64,000 bases of DNA. It comes from Perna viridis (Eukaryota). This document shows, in pieces, positions 37,553 through 51,500 of this stretch (positions within the stretch are counted from its first letter, which is position 1; each line of letters begins with the position of its first letter). The stretch spans positions 20,708,001 through 20,772,000 of the forward strand of contig CM074511.1 of assembly GCA_037379345.1 (NCBI GenBank). The letters are read 5' to 3'. The position numbers and the translations under genes were made by a program. The notes under the pieces were generated by a model. That model did no database searches. It saw nothing but the letters and a program-made list of their open reading frames with translations, and was not told the origin of the DNA.

Positions 37553-40206
37553 TTAAGGTAGGATGTATGGTAGATCTGCTGGTGGGATCAAAACAGAGTC
37601 TATGACATGGACAACACCATTGGATGCAGATATGTCGGCCATCTCCACAGTAGCAGAATTTACCATTACTTTCCCTAAAATTTTAAGAATATTATTTGTT
37701 ATTATTTTTTCATATATTGTACAAGTCATTTAGGTACATGTAGTAAGGCCTCGAAAAAGTACAAATATTTGTAGAAATATGTGTGTTCCAGTATTGGTTA
37801 TTTTGAATGAACAAGATTGGTATCAATCTAACTAATGTCTTTCTGATAAAAAATACCGATCGTTTTTTTTACACGAAACGAAAATATGACTAGATATTAA
37901 TATGGTATCACCAATATTTTTATTTCAAACTACCATTATTGTTTTAAATAAGAGCATCAATTATATATAATGTTTTTCTCAATTATTAAATTAAGCATCA
38001 AATATCTATTATATTTCTTTCTCACCTCCATTAATGGTGACAGTCACTGGTTTACCCTCTACAGTGTTGACTGACAATCCATTGCTCAGACCAGCACTGT
38101 AATCTGTTCCGGAAAGCACATGGTAAGTGAGAACATTAGCCAAAGCAGTCTTGTTTTTCAAAAGGTTGTCCAATGTTCCTGGTGGAAGTTTTTGGAAGGC
38201 AGCATCGGTTGGAGCAAAGACGGTGAAGGGACCAGGACCTACAGAAGCAATTGTTATCTCAGTAATACGGACTTAAAATAAAAACACATTACAGGACAAG
38301 CCAACAACAATTCTGTTTTACCTCAAACTATAGCATCACATGCGGAGATAGCCGTTTTAATAATATTATGAAGAACTTGTATACATCTTGAAATATTAAG
38401 TACTTCTCCGTCTAAGAATCAGGCAATATGTGTATAAGGTGTGGCATATGAAAAAATAATACACAGAGATTTTATTGCATTATCCAAGTATTTATACCTC
38501 ATAATCTCAAGGAATAACTGTCAAAGTGCTTGTAAAGTATGCCTTTTTAAGATATTGATAGGTCAAATTTAGTAGAAATGCACCATGGAAAAATGGCGGG
38601 AAAGTTTTCCCGAACTTTTTCCTAATATAAGCCTTCAAAAAATAGCTAAGACACCAATGCTTCGAGATAGATTTAAATAGCTAGTTATTTTCTAGATGTA
38701 TTTGAATATGTTTGAGGATAAAAAGACCAAATTGAGAAAAATGATGTGCCACGTGTTGCCTGATTCTTACACAGAATGGTACTTACAAGGAAAAAAAAAT
38801 AATGAGTTTTTGAAGCGACTGAAAATTCATAGAATATTGAATAAGAAAACTTGATTAGCCTTGTAAGACGTATCGTACCTGACAATGTGCCAACGAGGCC
38901 AGCAGCTTTGACAGCAGTGAGGAGTGTCTTCAACATTGGGTCTTTGGCTACTAAACCTGTGATAGGCTCAATTGGCAGTGGGAACATAACCCTGTCTATG
39001 ACATGTATCACTCCATTGGTTGCGTTCTGGTCAGCTAAAACTACTTTACTTCCAGTTGCAGTTATTACCTATTCAATAAAGAAACCATTTTACTTAATAC
39101 AGATGTACATTTTTGCTTTGTTCAACTAAATTTCTTCACCTCTCTCGGGTATTTATGAGTTACGACCGTAACGGTGGTCCGGCGGTAGCATTGATACAAA
39201 TAATTGTTGCTAGTCTACTTTATTGTATTTACATGTAATAATCACATTATATATTTTGTTTAAACATGCACTTGTGTATGATATTGTTGATGTTAATGTC
39301 ATAAAATTATAATTGTTTGTAAATGTTCATGCCCTTGAAGGTCCTTAATTGGAAGATAAAAAAAATCTTTGACTTCTTTTTCATCTTCTTCTTCAGCTAC
39401 CCGCTTGACTTTCGCGTGGCATGTTTAGAAAACACATCACATTTTAAAAGTAAAAAGCATGCATCTCAAAGCAAAACCAATATTACAGATGCATGATAAA
39501 AACCATCTAGAATAGAGAATAAGCGCCTAAACTTACCTTGCCACCGTTATAAATGTTGATTCTGATTTTGGCCATTGGGAATAGGGATGGTGCGACCAAT
39601 TCATTGGACAGTTGGGATGAGTAGACATTGCCGCTGACAACGTGGAACTTCAGAACATCAGCAAGTAGTTTTTTATTTGCCATCAGGGCTTTAACGATGT
39701 TTGGTGGTAATTTGCTGAATGCCTCATCCGTTGGACCGAAAACCGTAAATGGTCCTATGAAGGTCAAAAATAACATCTTGTACTGGTATTTAGTGTTACT
39801 AATATGAATGTATTAGTTTTGATGGTATTTCATCTTACTGTTAAATAAGGCATTCTTTGATATAAGAACCGGGGAAGAACACAATCTTTTCAAAATATCA
39901 AAAGAATTCAGCCCGGGCGTAACCCTTTTCTGTGTGGCTCTCTTTCTTAAATGTTTCCTTAATGGGAATTCTTTTAAAGGTCATGTAAGGTATGAAGTAT
40001 ACTGCATATGAAAAAATACGATTGCTGAATTACAAAAAAAATATCCTACCTCCATTTGCAAGAGTATCTGCAAGTCCTGCTTCAGTTACAAACTGAACCA
40101 GTGTCTTTGCACCAAGCTTTTCTGCTAGCTTCACAAGATTGTCATTCTGGCCAAAAGCAGGCACAACAAGACAGCAGGCAAATACCGCTAAACAAATAAG
40201 TTTCAT
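37553..40206 (-). CDS. Secreted two-domain fasciclin-1 (FAS1; TGFBI/periostin-like) protein, paralog 2, 299 aa
   Basis: Exons 40206..40050, 39754..39537, 39068..38879, 38238..38026, 37674..37553 (900 nt). Internal exon sizes 218/190/213 are identical to paralog 1. MKLICLAVFACCLVVPAFG-QNDNLVKLAEKLGAKTL...GPFTVFGPTDEAF...NGVIHVIDRVM...GPFTVFAPTDAAF...NGVVHVIDSVLIPPADLPYILP*. Confidence 0.93.
38396..38786. mobile_element. MITE related to 15849-16208 (intronic)
   Basis: TTAAGTAC...TAAGAATCAGGCAA ... TTGCCTGATTCTTAC...GTACTTA inverted ends. Confidence 0.6.
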
Positions 40207-40272
40207 TTCGTTTTGTGGTGTCTTTCCTCGTCTTGCAGGATCTTTGGTCAGTCCAATACATGATTGGGTGTT

Positions 40273-40280
40273 CTTTTATA
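40273..40280 (-). promoter_or_regulatory. Candidate TATA box (TATAAAAG) of FAS1 paralog 2
   Basis: Consensus TATAAAAG on the minus strand ~70 bp upstream of the ATG at 40206. Positional inference only. Confidence 0.4.
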
Positions 40281-41684
40281 GTCTTTGGTCACGATACTAT
40301 GACACGAGACTTTGAAAACAAATATAAGTCTTCTGTATGGACAGGTGCCGGTCTCTTGTTCGATAAAGTCCGGTTACACAATCGACACAAGGACAAATGC
40401 CACGGTTGTTATGTGAAGATTGTTTTGAATTTCCCCAATTCTGAGATAAAGTTATAAGTAGGTCAATGGTGTGGTCAGTTGGACTTTCTAGGGCCTTCAT
40501 TACTCAATTTCTTACATTTTGCTGATGTAAACAAAATTTTACCGACTGATAACATTTGTGCATTTCTTGAACCAATATTAAAGAAATATTCCACACTAAG
40601 ACAACTACACATAAAATTACTTTTAGTATCAGGATTTCAGTTTTTTTTTTAGCTTGACTAATGTTGAACACTTAGAACAGCATGTTTTCAACCCTGAGAT
40701 GTATTTTTAAATAGATTTATTTATAGTTGGGAAAGTTAAACAATTATAACACAACTATCATGAAATAAAAATTAATTTCCATTCAGCTAGGTGAGTTTAT
40801 AGAGAAACGAGGTAAATATTAGAGAGAGATTTTGTCTTCGAAAATCACAAAAAAAGAAAATGAAAAAAAAAAAAAAACAAGCATGACGATACCATTAATT
40901 ATTCTTCAACGCAGGCCAAGCATTGACTCACACTTATACTTGAACAGTAAACTCTTGTTGGCCCCAGGATTTATTTATTGTTTATCTATTATTTGTTTTA
41001 TGAATTATTATCTAAAAAGGTGTTTTTTTGTTTATATTGTTTGTTTTGTTCATTGTTGATGTTGTTATATATTTTTGTTTCTTGGTGTTTTTCATTTAAA
41101 ATTTTCTCATGTGCTCTAAAATATTTTCGCTTTGCATGGTAAGAATTACTTGCATGTGTACTAGTCTTGTATGTACATACAGACGTAAGATTTCAAACGG
41201 TATATTCCAGCCGACTCCAGGAGCTGCTAAAATAACCCATAAAAATCATATCTATTTCTAGCATTGTCGGTCAGATGAACTTACATGTACTATGTTACAG
41301 TACATTACACAATAGACCAGTGATAATGTCACACGAGTTCTGTGTATATCAATTTTATAAGATGTAGTAACAGTGTCTTATATCATTTTGTTTGTCTTTG
41401 TACTTGGTCTAACATTCAGTACAATTAGGTACATGTATATGTACGAGTCAATAGGGGTGATACTCGTGTCATGACATGGTGAGAGCAGATCTTACTTAGT
41501 AGAACGGTACTGTTTTTCGATAGGCGACTTAAATAATGAGAAATAGTACCGTTCTACCTTCTAAAGTAGCTTAACTTACTCGGCCCGTTTATAAAAATTA
41601 CAGTACATGCATATTTGTGACCATAATTACAAAATTGCATGTAATTTTTAAGCTACCTGTTGCGGTGCCTTCTTTATGAACACC

Positions 41685-42030
41685 TTCTTGATTTCAATAA
41701 ATAATTTTATAACTGAGTAATCGTTCAATTTATTGATATAAATAATTAATTATTTACATGTTGATAATATTTATTAAAATGTTGATAATTCATTTATTGT
41801 TATCAATATTTATATTTTAACTATGGTAAGCCATTGTGGAATTTATTCCATATTTATTGATATCAATAAGTTAAACAATGATATCAGTATTTAATTATTT
41901 ATATCAGTAAATCGTCATTATTGATATCAATTAATATGACATATTTTTTATTCATTCCATATTTATTGATATCAATGAATGAATTATTGATATTAGGAAT
42001 AAATTACTAATATCAATAAATATGACACAT
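41685..42030. repeat. Degenerate AT-rich array of the palindromic unit TTATTGATATCAATAA
   Basis: Repeated TATTGATATCAAT / TTGATAAT variants, including a duplicated TTATTC(ATTC)CATATTTATTGATATCAAT. Confidence 0.6.
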
Positions 42031-42146
42031 AGGCCGGCATACTTTTATAATAGTATGGATCTAGCCCCTTCAACGGGTCCGGATGTCAAAAGAATTGGCC
42101 CGTAGCAGCAATAAGTTTGTTGTAAAAGGCGACTAAATAGTGCTCA

Positions 42147-42841
42147 GAACCCTGCCCGGGGGGGGGGCGGAGGTGGTGAGGCTATGGCGTTCTGCAAGAG
42201 TAAGTGGGTTGTGTGCCCCAGGTGGTAGAATGACAGGCCCTTTGGACCAGGATATTTTTTCAATCACAAAAAATATCAAATCATTTTGTTTCGATTTTTT
42301 AGTTATTATGCGTGTTCTCAGACATGTCCGCTTGCTATTTAATATTGTTTATACTATGCCCGGTGTTTCGTCTTTTTTTAATTAAAAAAAATCCTGGTCC
42401 CAAGGGACGGATGGGGTACCCCTGGCATGTTACGTGCTGGGGTCGTCAGGCCATGATACGGAAAACTTGACCGCAAACCATGTTGGGAAAATATGCCACG
42501 TTCCTCGCACGTTAAAGAACCCTTCTGTGGTATTCTCTTAGAGTAGGAACCATTGGGCTACGCCACCTAATACCTTTTGGGATTCGGCACTGGAGATATT
42601 TTTGTTTTGACCGGTCAAAACAAAAAATATCTCTAGTGTCGAATCCCAAAAGGGATGAGACCCTACCCACCTCTCCCAATTTCCAGTTGCAATCAAAATT
42701 TGTCGACCCCATTATCCTTGTGTTCCGTCCCATGTTTTCATTTCATGTTCATTTTATCCCACATTTTATGTTCTTCGCCTGAACATAGCTGAAATATTGC
42801 TGCTCGGGCGTTAAACCCCAACAATCAATCAATCAATCAAT
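42147..42841 (+). mobile_element. Longest S1 SINE-like retroposon copy, containing two internal inverted-repeat modules
   Basis: The 3' 400 bp aligns to 17365-17742 and ends in (AATC)n. Internal inverted repeats at 42238-42406 and 42573-42653. The 5' boundary is approximate. Confidence 0.65.
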
Positions 42842-42933
42842 GGTGAAAAAAAATATATAGAAGCTTGGTATAAAATATTAAAACAAATCAAACATAGTTC
42901 CTTCCTTTGATATGGTAAACACTGGATAACTTA

Positions 42934-43096
42934 NNNNNNNNNNNNNNNNNNNNNNNNNNNNNNNNNNNNNNNNNNNNNNNNNNNNNNNNNNNNNNNNNNN
43001 NNNNNNNNNNNNNNNNNNNNNNNNNNNNNNNNNNNNNNNNNNNNNNNNNNNNNNNNNNNNNNNNNNNNNNNNNNNNNNNNNNNNNNNNNNNNNNNN
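42934..43096. other. Assembly gap (163 N)
   Basis: Run of N. Confidence 1.
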
Positions 43097-45514
43097 ATAT
43101 ATTTTTTAGGGGCGGTCATTATTGCATATATTCCGGAAATTTATCCGATCCGTTGTCGATTTGTTTTGGAAGTAACTGGTTTACGGTAAAATAAATATCT
43201 ATTTTGACTTACTAATCTCTTATGATTCCAGTAGAAAACAAATATGGAAAAATCGTAAAACAAAAATGGGAAGGATTTGTTTCCACCATCTGAGTTAGCT
43301 GCATTCTGAATATACTGAATAGGTAAAAGGATTCAGTTATTGTTCTCGAAAACGATGATGGTTTGCCTTAAATGGGATGGAAAATTACTGTCATGTTGCA
43401 GTAGATGCATTTGTGAAATTTTTATGTGTGTCACTGTCAGTCATAAATGATCCATTACATTTTCCCTTTGGTGTTTAAATGTAATTTGGAGCAAAGTATT
43501 AAAATTGGGATACTATAAGTTATAAGCTCCCGGTTATTTAGACCGTCAGTAAATTCTGTTGGAAGGTGAGGGCACTGAGACCATACACTAATCCCATTTG
43601 GGATTCAGTGTCCGGAGCTATTTTCTGATACATGTATGTGCCCACCGAATCCCACATACATTTTTTGTATTTGTCAAAAGGTGATGATGAATTTGATGCA
43701 GAGCATGGAGTAAGTTTCCTTTTAAATAAAAATGGATTTCATGTCATTTACCGTTTTTGCAATATTTTTGGGGGGATAATTTCATCTATATGATAATGAA
43801 ATACATAAAAAAGGTGCTTTTCTATACATTTATAGTGAGCATTGCTGGCTTACAAATCATTTGTTACATTTGTACATGTACATGTATATTGTTAACCCAT
43901 GCCCATGGTAACATTGATCAATCGTCCCTTTAAAACATATCTGCAAGAGAAAGATTTGATCTGCATATTGCTGTTAGGTTTTCAGTAGCAGTCTTTAAAA
44001 AAAGAGGTGATTACTCCATGTCAAATACATGTACAAACAGAATTCACTTTTATTTCTTATTCTAATACAGTTTTTGATCACAGTCTTAGTTGTCATTCAG
44101 TTGTTGAATTTTATATGAAAAGAATTGACACTTGATTTGCTTTGATTTGGCCGATTTAAGTGGAAGATGAATGTATAGTTTTTCAGTTCTGAATACAGAA
44201 AGGGCAACCATTACATTTTTTTTTTTTAAAAGTAGACCATAAAATCATGGTTTGTTATGTGTTTTTTTTACACCATGAATCACCTCTTCCCATATATTTT
44301 GTACATATAGGCAGTGTCTGAATTTTATATGGACTGATACTTTAATATACATGTACATAGAAAGTCAGTTAAATGCTAGTAGTCCTTAGTGTGTAATTTA
44401 TGTTCAGTTTCTTTGTCTGCATTGTAACAAGGGACTCAGACCTTTTTTAACTTAGTTTTACCGCTATAACCTTGGTTCCCTTGATTGCTTTTTTAAGTAC
44501 ATGTATGTTTAATTGTGTTACATTTTTCCACAAGTGGCCAGATATTGAAGAGGGATTGTTGTGATCACACAAGTGCATGTACTTTAACCCAGCCGCAATT
44601 TTGCGCCTGTTCAAAATCAGTAATTTCTGTCCTCTGTACAACATGTACATGTATGTCTTGTTTCGTTTTCACTTTTATTTTATTTTTATGTTACTTGAGT
44701 ATATGGGACAATTACAATGTATTTCCCTGTACCTGTGTATAATAGTGTATTTGGGCCAGTTGCAGCCTGCTCTGTGATACACTTCTTGAAACGTTCGGGT
44801 TTCCTGCATACAGGATACATAAATGCATGCTAAACACTCACCAAATGCATGAATATTGAACACTTGTATCGTGCATTTAAATGAACACTCCCGTTGTGTG
44901 TTTAAACAATATAAATGAAAACATCCAGGGTGCAGATCAACACGATAAACTAATGCTCTTACCATGCATTTAAACACACGATAAACAAACAATGGAATTT
45001 AATAAAATTAACAAAGGTAATGTAGAAAAAAAAATGTTAAGAACAATGTAGAATAAATTAAAATACAAAAAATAATACAGCAAATATAAAATATAAAAAT
45101 AAATACAGGATATAAATAGAAAATGTATAACAGTTGAATAAAGGAAATATTGAATGTACAAGAATGAATGTACGCTTCTTTCTCACATTTACACTAATGC
45201 TCTCATTGTGTGCTTAAACAAATGCTCCTAGTGTGATTGCTTGTTTAAACGAATGCCAAACAATGTGTAAACTTACATGTAGATAAACAATGCACAAATG
45301 CTAAAATGGGAAACGTGAACATTTCTAGGTTGTATGAGGATTTCCTCGTCATTCATTGAAGACCAATGGGTGGCCTTGAGCTGACATTTTCATCTTGATG
45401 GAGTTGTTGTCTCTTTGACATCTATTTCTTACCTATTCTCATAATATGTACAAGTTTGTATAAGAAGTTAGGAGAAGTTAATCAAAATTTCTTCATTTTT
45501 AATAGGTCCACAGA

Positions 45515-48500
45515 ATGCTTAGGCTCTTCTTTACCAGTGCAGTGTTTTGGTCTGTTCTTGGTACATGTATAGTGGAAGGACAAAAATCAGAATGCCTTAT
45601 TCAACTCCATGACAGCTCTTTGGTGTATGGCAGAGCAGGCCATAAGATGTTGTGTTACCTTGAGAGTATAGACAGTAGCAAGTATGTTGTTGTGTTGGTA
45701 AGTTACTCTTGAAAATGAGGCCAAAATTTTTAAAAAGTTATGTTTTTCCTATTACCTTACAGAGATCTCCTTAGATCCATATAGCATCTGATCACATTGC
45801 CCTGATGCAATATTTTTTACTGGGATGCTATCAGAAAAGAACTTCCCATTGGGTCCAATACAAATGTGATGCAATATTGACATTTGAGGGTTACCTGGAT
45901 GCTGTAAATCATATGGAGAACACTGCCCTACCTTTTTTCAGCTACACTTATATAGTGTACCCTGAATATTTTTGGTATTACAATGTATTTCAATAAGCAC
46001 TGTTAAAGTCAGTAGTTTCCCCATTAGTCTCAATATAATGAAAAATAGTAATATAAAAAAAATCATTATACAGTTTACCTTCGTTTTCTGAACCTCCCTT
46101 TTATACAGATAAATACATGTAGGAAACTTGCATATCATCGTATTTATTCTAATACAATAACTTACACATTTCATTGACGAAATATCCATAGATATTGGTT
46201 CAGTATAATTGTGTATTATATAAGTACAAAAATATATATGTACATGTACATGTAGAACCATACATTTTGCACAGGTGCTGCTTAGTTTCTAAGTTATTCA
46301 AATTTAGTTTATTTGTCATTAGTTGAACTGTAGTTGAAAATGTCTCACTTTCCTGTCACACAGTTGTAGAGCTATTTTTTCAAAAGTTGCTATCAATATT
46401 TTAATGTGCTTTATGTTGCACCAACATAAGTGTATGCATGTACATGTAAATGTGTTTAGCGTTTCTACAGTTCTGTTCAGTAATTCAAGATTATCCATTT
46501 TTAATACCATTCTTCATTTTTATCCCCAAACAATACACAGGCACAAACCATTTGATTTCTCTAGAGGTGGAGGTTTTCTTGCACCAAAAATAATTTGGGC
46601 AGCATCTGGAGAGAAAATGAAATCTGGGCCACATTTTGCCTATTGGGAAATAATGAATTTTCCAAATACAATACATCCAGAGAGTATAGATTCTCAAACT
46701 CCAATTTTGGTGTCACTTTTCGGAGTGACTCCAGCAAATTCCCAAAAATGCCATTAAAATCCTTGAGTGATCTTGGTGTACTTCCTCCAAAAGGCAATAA
46801 AATACTCCAAGCTGGGAGTTTTTATTGCCCTGATTATCAGTTGCAGTACCACCTACACCCCGTCTTACCTGTGAGGTGAACATGATTACAATACACAAGG
46901 TAATAAAATACTTGGAGTGGCTCTGAAATACTTCCAAAAAGACAATAAAATACTCCAAGATGAGAGAAATCACTTGGAGGATTTTAGAAGTGGACTCTGT
47001 AAAACTCAGTGATCCACTGGACACCGAAATAAAAGTAAGAGAATCCTCCCTCTCTGGGTGTACTGTACTTTGTTTTGTATAATAAAGAAGGAAGAAATCG
47101 CTCCCATGAATAAGGCCAAAATAAATTTCTCAATCACATGAAAATCCCACACTCCTTTCAAGGATATCAAAATGTCTGTGCCTTATGCATGTAAGTGGCA
47201 TGTTTGTATAAGTTTGCTTAATCTTCTGAGAATTTAAAAATAAGCTGGTTATTTTAAGTCAATGTGTAAATAGTTGTTACCTCCCTTTGTTTACTTATTG
47301 TACATGTCGGATCTAACATGCATGTACATTGTACATGATATATTTACATAGTAGACAACTGGCATTGTGTCAATTATTCACTTGTCTCCAAAATCATCTG
47401 GCAAAAAAAATATTACAAACACATATTGTATATATACAATGTACACTTATACATGTACAGATTACAAAATTTCATTACAAAATGTACTATTGATAATTCA
47501 TCTACAATTTTCTATAAAAAAAAAAAACCAATGCACCTGTGCTGGTACCTAATTTTTGGAAGATCTTTTTTCAGAGGGACGGTGGAAAGGACTGGCTGCT
47601 TTATGATCCAGACAAGCAGATGATTACTGTTACTCCAGAGAAAAACAATATTGGTCTGTCCAATATATCTATCAGTGTAGAGCCAAATTATTGTAGTGAT
47701 GTTATGACCAAGTCATGGGAAGTAACCGTGATTTTCATTATTGAACTACCTTCGCTGTTATTGTCAAGTGCCACAGGTAAAAGGATCTGTCAACTGCTAT
47801 AATACATCTTATATTGTAGAATTGATAAAACATTGTAATATTTTGAATTGGGCATTATGCTAGGAAAATTTTTTTTTTTTTATAAATCCATCAAAGGAAT
47901 TAACATTTTACTATTGAATTGCTTGGTTTAGTTCAGTTGCATCAGCATGTAGGAACTGCATGGTCATGTGTTAGTATTTGTTGATAAAAGTTGAGATCCA
48001 TGTACATTTTCGTTTGAAATCGGCTCCAGACTTAACTTTACTTTAAGAACTAAAGTTAAATACCTGAAGCACAACTGTATCTCATTAGTTGTTTATAATG
48101 TGCAGAATTTGGATGGTATCACTGATCAAAATTACAGATTTTATTAAAGTTGTTGGGTAAAATAAACCCTAAAATGACATACCTTGGCTTTTCATCTGTG
48201 TTATGTTTTTTGTGTTTTTTACTGGTATATTGAAATTTCTTCATGGATCTTTTTTTTAAATTTTTTAACTGAGTTATGTAATATACATGTAACCAACTCT
48301 GCAACAGTTAAGGATTCATGAATTGACAAGTGTTTTATGAACAAGAGTAAAATGTCTCAAAGTTGGTTATGCAAGCTTAACTTGGTCAAAATTAAAAACA
48401 ATATGTATAATTTAGTTTCTGATACAAAGATTCCAGTCCAAATTAATATTTGACCCTTTATTGAACATTAGTCAGTTTGAGATCCTTTGAACGGCAGACT

Positions 48501-51500
48501 ATGGACAAACCAACATTAATGATGTCACAGTTCCAAAGTACAGATGCAGCAATTAACTGATAATAAGAAATCCCTTAGCTTCCTATTTCATTGGCTTATA
48601 CTATATATATTTTCTATATTGAGAATTCAGATAGTACATGATATAAAAAAAGACTGAAGAAGAAACTGTTTCCGTTAATAAATTCATGACTTCAGTTAGT
48701 CTTTAGATTACTAGTTTGCAAAAAAAACTACATGGTTATACAAGTATTGTAAAACCATCTTCACTAGCCAAGAGTTACAGCCCTGTCACCCTGTATGCTA
48801 CTTGCATAGTTCAATTGTGTAATGTTATGTGTTTTATCTTTATTTATTTTCTGTTTGTGTTTTTGTTTTACATTTTAATTTGTTTTTATTTTATTTTGTT
48901 TGTTTATGTAGTGCACTTTATACTAAGATATTTACACACTTTAGTTGAAATACTGTGATTTGGATTTATACCAATATTGTCCCATTGTTTCACAAGAATG
49001 GCACTTTGAAACAAAAAAGTCACTGTAGAAAATTTATACTAGAATTTACAGGAAAGAGAGGTTATATCTTCATTGGTAAAATTTTGCCTCGGTCAGAATA
49101 AATACTAACAAACACGAATGAGCAGATCCAGAGAGTTTGAAAAGGGGGAGGCTCACGCTTTTATTTTCTCATTAAAAAAAATCTTCAAACGAAAAAAGGG
49201 ATGGTCCAACCCCTGCAGACACTGAGACATGAAGATATATGCAGCACTGATTTTACATAGCATGCCATGTTTTTCAGAGCTTTAGTAATGAACCTTGATG
49301 CATCATGAGTTTTCTGATGTAGTGAAATGAGGCATGTGAATTGAATACTAAAATTTCTAAAGTTATTTAAGCAGATACGGTAAGTTCAAATGTTTTTGTC
49401 ATTGCTTGTATACTACTGTATGAATAAATATATGTAGAGAAGTTTTTTGTCCCCTGCAACAAGGCGATGACCATTAGGCATTTGTCCTTCCATCCATCTG
49501 CAAGGTTACATAGGTGTACATTGTAACTTCTCTGAAACCACTTGACAGATTCATTTGATATTTTGTTTTAAAGTGTAGGTATGCATACTACACCACCATT
49601 TTGCTTTGATAAAATTTTGTAGGAGTTATGGGGCTTGCACTATACACCTTGTGGAAACAACTCCACGAAAACTACTTTACAAATCTTTTGATATTTATTA
49701 TGGTGTATGTTATGAAGTGTAGATTTGCATACCACCTGCTATTTTCAATCATGCATGTACTATACTGCCATTTTGATTTGGCAAATTTTATTGGAGTTAT
49801 GGGACAAAGATGTTGTAGACACAAATCCTCAGAAACTTGTGCTGAAATGTTTAAACCTAAATTGGCCAAAACATAAATAATTTATCAATTTCTTGTAAAT
49901 TTGAAGATTTTAATTATTTCCTCTGTAACAACAAGTGTCTTGTCTAGCTGTATTTCATTAACTTAATCCGCCATGGCTGGGGACATATGGCTACAAGTAG
50001 CTTCATATGTATCTTGTTATAGTACTCATACATGTACATGATATGATGTAACATTTTGTTTATAGTAATACTGTAGTTATAAACGTTTCAATTTTTTCAC
50101 GGTTGCTAATTTGTTATTTGATCTGTCTGTAATTCCTTCCATTCGTCTGAATTGCTTTGCAATTGTCTCAGCTCCCAATGGATGCATTGATTCCATATTC
50201 GATGTGTGGTTATATATAGATGGGGCGTACATTATACACAAATTGGGTGCTGTCCCATATTAGCTTCCTGTACAAGTGGGGGTGTTTATTTGTACCTAGC
50301 GCAACAAAGCATGCAACTTCATTTAAATGTAGATGTAGTTTGAGATGTTGTCAGTGTTGGCTTGAAAAAAATTTAAGGTAACCAACTATCTGTAAAATAC
50401 AACAACAAAAATCAGATATTTATGACAAAGTTATGGACTTTTGCTACAATCTCTAATTTTGCAATTGATTCTTTGAAAAAAAAACAGACTTCTAAGTTGA
50501 GTTCTAACATATACGTACTTGTATACTTTAAAGGTTAAATAAAAATTCACTGGTGATATTATTCTTCTGACATTGTGTAGATAAAATACATTATGTAAAT
50601 TATAAATTTTTCTAGATTACACTTTTCTTTTTCATCCATTCCAGATTCTTGCTTGAGTCCACCAGCTGTTCACAGACCTATTAACCACATACTGACCAAA
50701 GTAGGTCGGGTTTTCAAACATAATCTTGACCCTTTGACCTTTGTTGACAAAGAAGAAGGAAAATCTACTGAACTTCAAATCAGTTTGAAACCCTTGTTTA
50801 CATTTGATTTTTCTGACAGTTTTTGGCTTAAACTGGATGAAACAAGTTTGACATTATATGGACTTCCATTAAAGAAAGACAATGTTTATGTTGTGAGTTT
50901 GGTTGCCATGGATTCCTGTCAACAAACTGATGTGGATTCAATCAGGTTAGAGTTATCTGAAAATGTAGAAGAATACAATCATGAATTTATTGTTTATCTA
51001 GGGGATTACAGTCCTGCTGGGTTTGATATGTATAGATTTGTAAATGGCCTAAGTCAGTGGCTGGAATTTTCTGAACCAAGTCGAATTTATATTACTAGTG
51101 TTAACACAGATAGCTTGACAGTGTCATGGGTTGACACCTCAGTATCTTATGAGCATTGTGAAAGAAATCAGATTTTAGATCTTTACTACCAAATGGCTGA
51201 TGACAACGGAACTATTTTGGAGTCTTTCAGCTGTTTCTTTTCTCCATTTTTTAATCTTTCTGCAGTTTACATAGATTTTAAAGGCTCGTGTAACATTACA
51301 GATATTTTTCTGGTGTCTGATCATGAAAAAGTTACTGAATCTAACACTGATGATATGAATTTGTTGTATATTTTAATTCCTGTTGCAGCACTGACATTCA
51401 TTATACTGGTCATCATTGTTATAATGCTAGTAAGGAAATGTGTCAAACGGAATAAATATGTGATGAACTCTGAAAAACCTATCTATCTTGCAGACAGGCA

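Noticed and set aside
38879-39068. Exon 3 of the two FAS1 genes lies exactly 6000 bp apart
   Set aside because: The other exon offsets differ, so this is coincidence and not an assembly duplication.
43097-43190. Possible promoter or first non-coding exon of the dystroglycan-like gene (GGGCGG, CCGGAA, donor-like G|GTAAAA)
   Set aside because: It is adjacent to the gap and the motifs are too short to support without transcript data.
45763-45996. Acceptor-like site and ORF (…SHWVQYKCDAILTFEGY…) vaguely like a cadherin-like strand in the dystroglycan intron
   Set aside because: The phase-0 join from 45697 hits a stop at once, while 45697>47575 gives a clean domain. At most a decayed pseudo-exon.
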